Shown one piece after another: positions 28,635-37,435 of a DNA stretch of 62,244 nt. The notes under the pieces were generated by a model. That model was not told the origin of the DNA. It was given only the letters and a program-made list of their open reading frames with translations, and made no database searches. Both the position numbers and the translations under genes were made by a program. This DNA comes from Acidobacteriota bacterium (GTDB lineage: Bacteria > Acidobacteriota > Vicinamibacteria > Vicinamibacterales > UBA2999): contig JBEGVQ010000090.1 of the NCBI GenBank assembly GCA_041178345.1, positions 1 through 62,244 of the forward strand, written 5' to 3'. Within the stretch, counting starts at the first letter, position 1. Each line of letters begins with the position of its first letter.

Positions 28635-29597
28635 TTAGATCACTCGCGTGACGACCGGAGCGCGGTTGTCGGCGTGCTCGGTGTTGGTCCGCGAATTCAA
28701 CTCGCAGTCGAACAGCACGTCGCCGCCCATCCGGAACACCCGGTAGCCGGGACGCAGGCAGTCGCGCAGGCGCGCCTGTGGCGCCAGCCGAATGGCGGGG
28801 CGGCCATCGCCGATCAACACCGGCGCGATCGCCAGCTGCAGGCGATCCAGCAGGTCCGCCGCCAGAAACGCCGACACCGTCACGCCACCGCCTTCAACGA
28901 ACACGCGCGCACAGCCGTGCGCTCGCAGCCGTGCCAGCAATGCCCCGACCCCACCCGGGCCCTCGGCAATGCCGATGGCACGGGCATCGCCCACGTGTGT
29001 TTCGCCCGGCGCCAGCCGTGACTGCTCGCACACATACAGCGTCGGGGCCGCTGCGTCGGTGAAGAGCTTGAAGGCCGGCGCGAGCCGCCGGCCCGGATCG
29101 TAGATCACACGCAGCGGGTGTGGCCCGCTCACGTGGCGGGTCGTCAACTGCGGATCGTCAGCGGCCACCGTGCCGGCGCCGACGACGACCGCGTCGCACA
29201 GCGCGCGCATGCGATGCAGATGAACGATGTTGCCGCTGCCGGTGACGAACTGCGAATCGCCAGTGTGGGTGGCGATGAATCCGTCGAGGCTCTGGCCAAG
29301 GTGTCCCACGGTGATTGGCCGTGATGTCGTGGCGCTGCAAAGCGGCAGGTACAGATCGAGCAGGTCTGCCAGAGGGCTGCCGGCCGGCAGCCGCGAGTGC
29401 CAACCGGAGCCCGGCTGCCAATCGAGTACGGCGCCGTTGCTGTCTCCGCTCACCGGTTGCAGCGCCGAGCCGTCAAACGCGAGCAACCGTGCCCGACCAT
29501 CGCGTTCCAGCTCGCCGGCCATGGCACTTGCGGCGAGCAGCAGGGGCCAGGCGGCGTCGGCCAACGTCGATGGCGACGAAATGCTTTCTGGCGACAC
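28635..29597 (-). CDS. RibD C-terminal (reductase-only) family protein with unrelated N-terminal extension
   Basis: GQSLDGFIA, HRMRALCDAVVVGAGTV.ADDPQLT.R, VFVEGGG.TVS.FL, IAPVLIG.G; no HAE/PCxxC deaminase motifs. Confidence 0.88.
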   Translation of the reverse strand: MSPESISSPSTLADAAWPLLLAASAMAGELERDGRARLLAFDGSALQPVSGDSNGAVLDWQPGSGWHSRLPAGSPLADLLDLYLPLCSATTSRPITVGHLGQSLDGFIATHTGDSQFVTGSGNIVHLHRMRALCDAVVVGAGTVAADDPQLTTRHVSGPHPLRVIYDPGRRLAPAFKLFTDAAAPTLYVCEQSRLAPGETHVGDARAIGIAEGPGGVGALLARLRAHGCARVFVEGGGVTVSAFLAADLLDRLQLAIAPVLIGDGRPAIRLAPQARLRDCLRPGYRVFRMGGDVLFDCELNSRTNTEHADNRAPVVTRVI

Positions 29598-29627
29598 CTC
29601 CCATCACTATGCCATACTCACCAGCGT

Positions 29628-29662
29628 CTCTTTAACGCGGGCCGGCGAGCCCGAGAAGAGGT
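29628..29662 (+). promoter_or_regulatory. Second PyrR-binding hairpin, upstream of the pyrC leader ORF
   Basis: CTCTTTAA-CG-CGGGC-CGGCGA-GCCCG-AGAAGAG-GT; same CUUUAA + CNGNGA architecture as 8444-8479; CATACT -10-like hexamer at 29613-29618. Confidence 0.75.
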
Positions 29663-29666
29663 GTCC

Positions 29667-29726
29667 ATGACCACTGTCCTGTCACCCGGCCGGCGTGCGC
29701 CGCACATGTTCCTCACACACCTATGA
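29667..29726 (+). CDS. Putative 19-aa leader peptide translationally coupled to pyrC
   Basis: GAGGTG SD then ATG 29667; MTTVLSPGRRAPHMFLTHL; TGA overlaps the pyrC ATG (ATGA); pyrC itself has no obvious SD. Confidence 0.55.
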   Translation: MTTVLSPGRRAPHMFLTHL

Positions 29727-31027
29727 AACGCTTGCTCAAGGGTGGCCGGGTCGTCGACCCGGCCAACGGACGCGATGGCCTCTTCGATGTGCTGATCGAC
29801 GGCGATCGTATTGCCGAGGTCGGCACCAACCTGACGGCCGGCGGCGCCGAGGTGATCACCATTCCGGCCGGGCTGGTCGTGTGCCCGGGCTTGATTGACA
29901 TGCACGTGCACTTGCGCGAACCCGGCCAGGAGCACAAGGAAACCGTCGCGACCGGCGTGGCCTCGGCCGTGGCCGGTGGCTTCACGGCGGTGGCCTGCAT
30001 GCCCAACACGAAACCGGTCAATGACAATGCCGGTGTCACCAGGCTGATCCTGCAGAAAGCCGCCGAGGCGAACCTGGCCCGGGTCTATCCCATTGGCGCC
30101 GTCTCGCGCGGGCAAAAGGGCGAAGAGCTGGCGGATATCGCCGAACTGAAAGAGGCGGGCTGCGTCGCGGTGACCGACGATGGTTTGCCGGTGGCGACGG
30201 CGCTGCTGGCGCGGCGGGCGCTCGAGTACACCAGCATGTTCAACATGCCGGTGATCGAGCACTGCGAGGACCAGACGCTGAAAGGCGATGGCGTGGCGCA
30301 CGAGGGACCCGTGGCGGCCTCCCTGGGCCTGCGCGGCATTCCTGGCGTCGCCGAAGCGATTACCGCCGGCCGCGACATCCTGCTGGCCGAAATGACGGGC
30401 GGCCACATCCACATCGCGCACATGAGCGCGTGGACCACCATCGAAGCGGTCCGCCAGGGCAAGAGCCGTGGCGTGAAAGTGACCTGCGAGGTGTGCCCGC
30501 ACCACTTCACCTTGACCGACGACCTGCTGGCCGCGCCGGTGGCGTACGACACCAACACCAAGATGAACCCGCCGCTGCGCGAGGCGCGCGACCGCGATGC
30601 CATGATCGCCGGCATCGTCGACGGCACCGTGGACGTGATTTCGACCGATCACGCGCCGCACCACTACGACGAGAAGAACGTCGAGTACGATCGCGCGCCG
30701 TTCGGCATTGTCGGCCTCGAAACCGCGGTGCCGATCACGCTCGACAAGCTGGTGCACACCGGCCTGATCACGCTGTCGCGCATGGTCGAACTGATGTCGG
30801 TGAACCCGGCGAGGATCCTGAACGTGCCCGGCGGATCCCTGTCGGCGGGCGCGCCGGCCGACATCACCATCCTGGCCCTCGAATTGCCCGTGACGATCGA
30901 CAAGACCAAGCTGGTAAGCAAGTCGCAGAACACCCCGTACCACGGCTGGTCCTTCAAGGGCGGCGTCGCCGCCACCATCGTCGGCGGACGCACGGTCTAC
31001 GCCAACCCCGCGGCAGGACTCAAATGA
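29723..31027 (+). CDS. pyrC: Dihydroorotase (type I, long form)
   Basis: PGLIDMHVHLREPG, MPNTKP, EHCED, HIAHMS, EVCPHH, KMNPPLR, TDHAPH. Confidence 0.96.
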   Translation: MKRLLKGGRVVDPANGRDGLFDVLIDGDRIAEVGTNLTAGGAEVITIPAGLVVCPGLIDMHVHLREPGQEHKETVATGVASAVAGGFTAVACMPNTKPVNDNAGVTRLILQKAAEANLARVYPIGAVSRGQKGEELADIAELKEAGCVAVTDDGLPVATALLARRALEYTSMFNMPVIEHCEDQTLKGDGVAHEGPVAASLGLRGIPGVAEAITAGRDILLAEMTGGHIHIAHMSAWTTIEAVRQGKSRGVKVTCEVCPHHFTLTDDLLAAPVAYDTNTKMNPPLREARDRDAMIAGIVDGTVDVISTDHAPHHYDEKNVEYDRAPFGIVGLETAVPITLDKLVHTGLITLSRMVELMSVNPARILNVPGGSLSAGAPADITILALELPVTIDKTKLVSKSQNTPYHGWSFKGGVAATIVGGRTVYANPAAGLK

Positions 31028-31650
31028 CCTCATCGGGAAACGCCCGTCACGACGGTGTCCGGGCGCGCGCGCTCGACGACATGCGCCGCTTTGAAGTGGT
31101 CATGGAAGGCCACTTCGACTACGGCAACGGCTTTCACGGCAGGCTCTACCTGAATCCCCACAAGCTGTTGCAGTGGCCGTCGACGATCTGGCGCGTTGCG
31201 CAGGATCTGATCGACATCATGCCCACGGACTTTGCCGAGGCCGAGGTGATTGCCGGTCCGGCGACCGGCGGCGCGGTGCTGGCCCACACGGTGGCCGGCC
31301 TGCTCGACGGCCGGCGGCCGATGACGCATCCCCCGTACTCGTTCGCACCGTTTGGCGACGAGGCCGGCGACCCGGTCCTCAGCCCCTTCTACGCGACCAG
31401 CATGCGCGGCAAGCGCGTGTTGATCGTGGACGACGTGCGCAACACCGGGACGACCTTCCGCAAGTGCGCCGACCTGGTCGCCGGGGCCGGCGGCACCGTC
31501 ATCGGCACGATGCAGATCGTTGACCGCTGCGAGGCGTGCGTCACCGTGGACGTGCCGAACGTGGCGCTGGTGGCATACACCGCGCCGCCGAACTTCGCCG
31601 CCGCGTCCTGCCCGATGTGCGCGGCCCAGGTGCCGATCACCAGCTTCTGA
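31024..31650 (+). CDS. Divergent orotate phosphoribosyltransferase-like PRTase
   Basis: EGHFDYGNGFHGRLYLN, GPATGG, VLIVDDVRNTGTT PRPP loop, CPMC tail; ATGA overlap with pyrC. Confidence 0.8.
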   Translation: MTSSGNARHDGVRARALDDMRRFEVVMEGHFDYGNGFHGRLYLNPHKLLQWPSTIWRVAQDLIDIMPTDFAEAEVIAGPATGGAVLAHTVAGLLDGRRPMTHPPYSFAPFGDEAGDPVLSPFYATSMRGKRVLIVDDVRNTGTTFRKCADLVAGAGGTVIGTMQIVDRCEACVTVDVPNVALVAYTAPPNFAAASCPMCAAQVPITSF

Positions 31651-31655
31651 AGACG

Positions 31656-32498
31656 GTGGCCGGGCTCCGTTCGGCGCTGGACACGCTCTACCTCACGTTC
31701 AACGCGGATCACGTGGTGACCGATCCGATCTGGATCGTGCACCGCTACGAGCCGCCCGCCGATCGCGAGGTGGTGGCGTTCATCGCCGCGGCGCTCGCCT
31801 TCGGGCGCGTGCAGAGCGTCCTCAATTCCATCGACGGCATGCTGCAGGTGATGGGGCCGTCGCCGGCGGCGTTCGTCCACGCGTTCGAGCCGGCTCGCGA
31901 TCGCCGCAGGTTCGATCACCTGGTGCACCGCTGGACCAAGGGCATCGACATGGCGGCGCTGGTGTGGGTGATGCACCAGATGATCCGCGATTTCGGGTCG
32001 ATCGAGGGTTTCTTTGCCGCCGGGTTGCCGGCGGAGGCCGTAGACGTCGGCGAGGGGCTGCAGTCATTCTCGACCCGCGCGCTGGCGCTCGATCAGACGG
32101 CGGTCTACGGCCGCGCGAAGCCGAAGCCCGGCGTCGGCTACTTCTTCTCCCGTCCTTCGTCCGGGGGCGCGTGCAAGCGGCTGAACCTGTTCCTGCGCTG
32201 GATGGTGCGTCGCGACCAGGTCGACCTCGGCGTCTGGACGCGCGTGCGGCCGAGTCAGTTGATCGTGCCGCTCGACACGCACGTGATCCGGGTCGGGCAG
32301 TGCCTGCGGCTGACGAAGCTCAAGAGCCCAGGCTGGCGAATGGCGGCGGACATCACCACAGCCCTGCGCGCACTGGACCCGGTTGATCCCGTGAAGTTCG
32401 ACTTTTCCATCTGCCACCTGGGGATGATGAACGCGTGCGGGTTCGGCAAGAAACAGCGCGATTCACAGTGTCCACTCAAGGGGTGCTGCCGGCCGTGA
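31656..32498 (+). CDS. TIGR02757 / DUF2400 family protein
   Basis: DPI..VHRY, AALAFG, ACKRLNLFLRWMVR.D.VDLGVW, PLDTHV, DP.DPVKFDF. Confidence 0.88.
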   Translation: MAGLRSALDTLYLTFNADHVVTDPIWIVHRYEPPADREVVAFIAAALAFGRVQSVLNSIDGMLQVMGPSPAAFVHAFEPARDRRRFDHLVHRWTKGIDMAALVWVMHQMIRDFGSIEGFFAAGLPAEAVDVGEGLQSFSTRALALDQTAVYGRAKPKPGVGYFFSRPSSGGACKRLNLFLRWMVRRDQVDLGVWTRVRPSQLIVPLDTHVIRVGQCLRLTKLKSPGWRMAADITTALRALDPVDPVKFDFSICHLGMMNACGFGKKQRDSQCPLKGCCRP

Positions 32499-33883
32499 TT
32501 GACGATGTGGTTGTCCTGGGCGGCGGTCCCGCGGGTGCCGCCGCCGCCAAGCTCCTCGCGGAGTGGGGCCATTCGGTCCGCCTGATCACGCGCCCGGCTC
32601 CCGACGCTCGCCTGGCCGTGTCGGTTCCCCCCAGCACCGGCAAGCTGTTCGAGGCCGTTGGCATCAGCGACGCCATCGAGCGCGCCGGTTTCATCCGCGC
32701 CACGGGCAATACCGTCTGGTGGGGACAGTCACAGCCGCGCGTCGAACCGTTTGCCGGCGGCTCCCAGGGATGGCAGGTCCCGCTGCCGCGCCTGGACGAC
32801 GTGATGCTGGCGGCGGCGACGGCCGCCGGCGTGGCCGTTGAGCGCCGGCTGGTCGTCGCGGCCGACCTGGCGGCATCGGCCGGTCAGTTCCTGGTCGACG
32901 CCACTGGTCGATCGGGACTGCTGGCTCGCGCCAAAGGAGTGCGCGTCCATGCGGACGGACCGCGCACAGTGGCGCTGGTTGCCGAATGGCAACGTGCCGG
33001 GGCGTGGCCCGTGCCCGACGACACGCATACCCTGATCGAATCCTACGAATCGGGGTGGGCCTGGTCGGTGCCAACCTCGCCCGGCATTCGGCATGTGGCC
33101 GTGATGGTCGACCCGCAACGGTCCACGCTTGCCCGCGGCGCCTCGGCCCGCGAGCTCTACCTGGCGGAGATCGACAAGACCGTGACCTTGCGGCGGCTGA
33201 CCGCCGCCGCTGAATGCGTGGACGGCCCGAAGGGCTGGGACGCGTCCGAGTATCGCGCCGAGCAATACGCGGGCGACGATTGGCTGCTGGCGGGCGATGC
33301 CGGCTCCTTCATTGATCCGCTGTCGTCGGCAGGCGTGAAGAAGGCGCTGGCGTCGGGCTGGCTGGCGGCAGTCGTGGTGCACACGTGCCTGCGCACGCCG
33401 GCCATGCGCCCGCACGCGCTGGCGTTCTTCACCAGCCGCGAGCAGGAGATCGAGCGCCACTATTCGCGCACGAGCCGTGCCTTCCTGGCCGAGGCCGCGC
33501 CCAATCACCCGGAAGCGTTCTGGCGCGACCGCGCCGACGCGCCCGACGCGCCGGGCACTGATGCTTTCGTTCTGCGGGAGGCGCTCGAGGCGCTGCGGGC
33601 GGCGCCGCGCCTGGCCCTTCGTCGCGGCGACGCCACCATCGAGCCGCGCCCGGCCGTTCGTGGTCACGAAATCGTGCTTCAACCCCACCTCGTCAGCGGC
33701 CACGAATCGATTCGATTCGTGCGGGGCGTTGACGTGATCGCCCTGAGGGAACTCGCGCCGCAGTACTCGCAGGTCCCCGACCTGTTCGAGGCATACGGCC
33801 GGTTGCACGGCCGGGTGTCCCTGCACGATTTCCTGTTTGCGATCGCCACTGCGGTTGCGCGACGCTGGCTTGTGTCACAATGA
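32495..33883 (+). CDS. qhpG: FAD-dependent monooxygenase, QhpG-like (tryptophan hydroxylase for CTQ)
   Basis: VLGGGPAG, DATGR, GWAW..P, GDA.SFIDPLSS.G; directly precedes qhpA. Confidence 0.75.
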   Translation: MIDDVVVLGGGPAGAAAAKLLAEWGHSVRLITRPAPDARLAVSVPPSTGKLFEAVGISDAIERAGFIRATGNTVWWGQSQPRVEPFAGGSQGWQVPLPRLDDVMLAAATAAGVAVERRLVVAADLAASAGQFLVDATGRSGLLARAKGVRVHADGPRTVALVAEWQRAGAWPVPDDTHTLIESYESGWAWSVPTSPGIRHVAVMVDPQRSTLARGASARELYLAEIDKTVTLRRLTAAAECVDGPKGWDASEYRAEQYAGDDWLLAGDAGSFIDPLSSAGVKKALASGWLAAVVVHTCLRTPAMRPHALAFFTSREQEIERHYSRTSRAFLAEAAPNHPEAFWRDRADAPDAPGTDAFVLREALEALRAAPRLALRRGDATIEPRPAVRGHEIVLQPHLVSGHESIRFVRGVDVIALRELAPQYSQVPDLFEAYGRLHGRVSLHDFLFAIATAVARRWLVSQ

Positions 33884-35637
33884 GCGCCAAATTGAGGTCA
33901 GACGTGACGAAAGCCACCCGTGCACTCGCCGTCGTGGCGACCCTGCTGGCCACCTCGCTGGCGGGCGTCGTCTTCAGCCAACAGCCGCCCGCCGCCGCCC
34001 CGACGGCCAAGCCGGACGAGGGCATCCCGGTGACGGACGCCGCGGTCCAGAAGGCGTGCGGCGCCTGCCACCGGCCTGACGCCAAGGGCCAGATGTCGCG
34101 CATTTCGTTCCAGCGCAACACGCCCGAGGGCTGGCAGTCCACCATCCAGAGAATGGCCGCGCTCAACGGCCTGAGCATCGACCCGGCCACGGCGCGCCAG
34201 GTGGTCAAGTATTTGTCCAACCATCACGGCCTCGCGCCCGAGGAGGCCAAGCCGGCGGCGTGGGAAGCCGAACGGCGGCTGATTGACTTCAAATACACCG
34301 CCAGTGCCGACGCCGAGTCCACCTGCATCCGCTGCCACACGATGGGCCGGGTGATCTCGCAGCGGCGCACCCGCGGCGAGTGGGAGCTCCTGATAGCGAT
34401 GCACCGCGGCTGGTATCCCCTGGTGGATAACCAGGCCTTCCGCCGCAACGGTCCGCCGCCACGCGACCCCTCGGCCGATGGCCGTCCGCCGGACCTGCGG
34501 CACCCGGTGGAGAAGGCCGTCGATCATCTCTCGCGCGCGTTCCCCCTCAAGACCCCGGAATGGGCGGCGTGGTCGGCCACCATGCGCGCGGCCCGGCTCG
34601 AGGGCACGTGGACGCTGAGCGGCTGGGACGCCGGCAAGGGCGCCATCTTCGGCCGCGTCACCATCAGCGCCGATCCGGCGGCGCCCGACGAGTTCACGAC
34701 CGCCACGACCTACCGCGTCGCCCGCACCGGCGAAACCGTGACGCGCACCGGCCGGGCGCTCGTCTACACCGGCTTCCAGTGGCGCGGCCGCTCGACGACT
34801 GCCGCCGGCGCCGATTCGGCGATGCGGGAAGTGATGTTCGTGGACCGCGACTGGCGCCAGATCGAGGGCCGCTGGTTCAACGGCGGTTACGACGAGGTGG
34901 GCCTCGACGTGCGACTCGACCGGGTCGCCGCCGACCCGCGCGTGCTTGGCACCGACCGCACGGCGCTCAAGCAGGGCGCCACCGGGCAGGAGTTGAAGAT
35001 CTACGGCGCCAACTTTCCCGCCGGCCTCCGTCCCGCTGAGGTCGATCTCGGCCCCGGCCTCACCGTCACGCGCATCGTTACTGTCACGCCCGACGTGGCC
35101 ACTGTCGCGCTCGACGTGGCGGCGACCGCGCCGCTCGGCGCCCGTGACCTGTTCGTGGCCGGCGCGTCGAAGCCAAAGGCGCTCGTGGTGTTCGATCGCG
35201 TCGACACGATCAAGGTCAAGCCCGACTGGGCGATGGCCCGCGTCGGCGGCACGACGTTCCCGAAGATGCTGGCGCAGTTCGAGGCGTGGGCGTTCCACAA
35301 CGGCGCCGACGGCCGGCCCGACACGCCCGACGACCTCAGCCTCGGGCTGGTCAATGCCGCCTGGAGCATGGAAGAGTTCGCGGCGACCTACGACGATGAC
35401 GACGTGAAGTTTGTCGGCACGCTGGATGCGGCGAGCGGGCGTTTCACGCCGAACGTCGATGGTCCCAATGCGGCTCGCAAGGGCAGCCGCAACAACATTG
35501 GCGACGTGTGGGTGGTGGCGACCTACGCCGCCGAGGCCGGCGGCGGAAAGCCGGCGGCCAGCATTCGTGCCAGGGCCCACTTGCTGGTCACCGTGCCGCT
35601 CTATATGCGTTTTGATCCGACCGTGGGGGTTCCGTGA
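33880..35637 (+). CDS. qhpA: Quinohemoprotein amine dehydrogenase alpha subunit (di-heme c)
   Basis: Signal peptide; CGACH and CIRCH heme motifs; RISFQR.TPEGW..T..RM, VKYLS..HGLAPEE, ARVGG, NN.GD. Confidence 0.93.
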   Translation: MSAKLRSDVTKATRALAVVATLLATSLAGVVFSQQPPAAAPTAKPDEGIPVTDAAVQKACGACHRPDAKGQMSRISFQRNTPEGWQSTIQRMAALNGLSIDPATARQVVKYLSNHHGLAPEEAKPAAWEAERRLIDFKYTASADAESTCIRCHTMGRVISQRRTRGEWELLIAMHRGWYPLVDNQAFRRNGPPPRDPSADGRPPDLRHPVEKAVDHLSRAFPLKTPEWAAWSATMRAARLEGTWTLSGWDAGKGAIFGRVTISADPAAPDEFTTATTYRVARTGETVTRTGRALVYTGFQWRGRSTTAAGADSAMREVMFVDRDWRQIEGRWFNGGYDEVGLDVRLDRVAADPRVLGTDRTALKQGATGQELKIYGANFPAGLRPAEVDLGPGLTVTRIVTVTPDVATVALDVAATAPLGARDLFVAGASKPKALVVFDRVDTIKVKPDWAMARVGGTTFPKMLAQFEAWAFHNGADGRPDTPDDLSLGLVNAAWSMEEFAATYDDDDVKFVGTLDAASGRFTPNVDGPNAARKGSRNNIGDVWVVATYAAEAGGGKPAASIRARAHLLVTVPLYMRFDPTVGVP

Positions 35638-37094
35638 CCCTCGGCCTGCGCGAGTTCCACTCGTTTGAGGCGGCCGGCCGGCGCTACCTCTACCTCGTGC
35701 CCAGCGCAGCGGTGTTCGCGCTGGACGATTGCTCCGAGGCGGTCCTGCAGGAATTGAGCCGCGGCCCGCAGCCGGTGGACGATGTGACCCGCAGCCTGGC
35801 GAGTCGATTCGCCGCCGCCGCAGTCACCGATACGATCGCCGAACTGCAGCGCGTCCGCGCGCTCGGCGAGATCGCCGGCAACCCTGAAGGGTCGCCTCCA
35901 CCAAAGCTGCCGAAGATCGTCCCGTTGCGCCCGGTCCCGCTCCAGACCCTGGTCGTGAACGTCACCAACCAGTGCAACCTGGCCTGCACTTACTGCTACG
36001 AGTACGGCGAAGACAAGATTGTCGACACTGCCAACGGCCAGCAACCGAAGTTCATGAGCGAAGAGACCGCTCGCGAAAGTGTTGAGTTCGCGCTGCGGGA
36101 GTCGCGCGAGAACAAGCACGCGCACATCACCTTCTTCGGCGGCGAGACGCTGATGAATTTCCCCGTGCTCAAGGCGACCATTGCCTACGCCCGCCGGCGG
36201 GCGGCCGAGGTGGGCAAGGACATTGACTTCAGCCTCACCACCAATGCCACGCTGCTGCAGCCGGACGTGATTGAATTCCTCGCCAACGAGCGGGTCGGCG
36301 TCACGATCTCGATCGACGGCCCGGAAGAGATGCAGGACAAGTTCCGCGTCTTCAACAACGGCCAGGGCAGCTACGCAATGGCCGCGCCGAAGATCAAGGC
36401 GCTGCTGCAACGGCACCGCACGCGGCCGGTGGGCGCCCGCGTCACGCTGACACGCCAGACGCTCGACGTCCGCCGCATCTATCACCACCTGACCGAGGAG
36501 CTGGGATTCTGGGAAGTCGGGTTTGCGCCGGTGACCACTGCGCCCGGCCGCGACTACGCCATTTCAGACGGCGGCTTCGACCACCTGCTCGAGCAGTTCC
36601 GCGCGCTGGCCGCCGACTACCTGGCGGCCTCGCTGCAGAACCGGCATCACGGTTTTTCCAACGTGCGCGAGACGCTGCAGGAGATCCATCACGGCCACGC
36701 CAAGGCCTATCCGTGCGGCGCCGGCATCGGCCTGATGGGCGTGTCCACCGACGGCCGCGTGGCCTTGTGTCATCGCTTCGCCGGTTCCGACGACCACGGC
36801 CTCGGCACCGTCTCCGGCGGCATCTCGTGGGACAAGCAGCAGGCGTTTCTCGACACGCACCACGTCGCCAACAAGACCGATTGCCAGACCTGCTGGGCGC
36901 GCCCCATCTGCGCCGGCGGCTGTTACCACGAAGCCAACACGCGCTACGGCTCGACCCAGTCGCCGAACCTGCACTACTGCGAGTGGATTCGCGGCTGGAC
37001 GCACACCTGCCTCGAGATCTACGGCGAGCTCGCCGCTCGCAACCCGGAATTCCTGACGCAGTTCGACGACGAAGCGACGGAGAAGATTTCATGA
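35634..37094 (+). CDS. qhpD: Radical SAM/SPASM thioether-forming maturase of QHNDH gamma subunit
   Basis: N-terminal RRE-like region; CNLACTYC, FFGGE, SIDGP, PCGAG, CHRF, C..CWAR.ICAGGCYHE...HYC. Confidence 0.93.
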   Translation: MTLGLREFHSFEAAGRRYLYLVPSAAVFALDDCSEAVLQELSRGPQPVDDVTRSLASRFAAAAVTDTIAELQRVRALGEIAGNPEGSPPPKLPKIVPLRPVPLQTLVVNVTNQCNLACTYCYEYGEDKIVDTANGQQPKFMSEETARESVEFALRESRENKHAHITFFGGETLMNFPVLKATIAYARRRAAEVGKDIDFSLTTNATLLQPDVIEFLANERVGVTISIDGPEEMQDKFRVFNNGQGSYAMAAPKIKALLQRHRTRPVGARVTLTRQTLDVRRIYHHLTEELGFWEVGFAPVTTAPGRDYAISDGGFDHLLEQFRALAADYLAASLQNRHHGFSNVRETLQEIHHGHAKAYPCGAGIGLMGVSTDGRVALCHRFAGSDDHGLGTVSGGISWDKQQAFLDTHHVANKTDCQTCWARPICAGGCYHEANTRYGSTQSPNLHYCEWIRGWTHTCLEIYGELAARNPEFLTQFDDEATEKIS

Positions 37095-37435
37095 AGCATC
37101 TCACTGCCATCAACCGCAAGGCCGCGCGCATGGAGGAGGTCACCAAGGACGTGGTGGCCCTGCAGCAGGGGCCGCCGCAGCAACCCGAGCCGCCGCATAT
37201 TCCGAACGGGTGCTCGCTCGTGTTCTCGCCCGGCTGGGAAGCCGACCGCAACGGCGGCACCGCCGGGTTGTGCCAGCCGGTCGAGCGCGACCTGTTCGAC
37301 TGCCACATGGGTTGCTTCTGGCCGGCGCAGGTGCCCGACCAGTTGAACCACGCGCCCGACTGGACGGCCAAGTGCGCCGCCGCCCAAAAGGACTGGCGCA
37401 AGATTGACCTGATCTTCCCGGACGAGAAGAAGTGA
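37091..37435 (+). CDS. qhpC: Quinohemoprotein amine dehydrogenase gamma subunit (CTQ precursor peptide)
   Basis: Leader MKHL..IN.KA; core GCSLVFSPGWEAD...LCQPVERDLFDCHMGCFWPAQVPD...DWRK with the Cys/Glu/Asp/Trp spacing of the known crosslinks. Confidence 0.93.
   Translation: MKHLTAINRKAARMEEVTKDVVALQQGPPQQPEPPHIPNGCSLVFSPGWEADRNGGTAGLCQPVERDLFDCHMGCFWPAQVPDQLNHAPDWTAKCAAAQKDWRKIDLIFPDEKK

Noticed and set aside
35634-37435. Novel antimicrobial ranthipeptide/sactipeptide RiPP cluster
   Set aside because: The precursor matches the QHNDH gamma subunit and is flanked by alpha and beta subunits, so this is enzyme cofactor maturation
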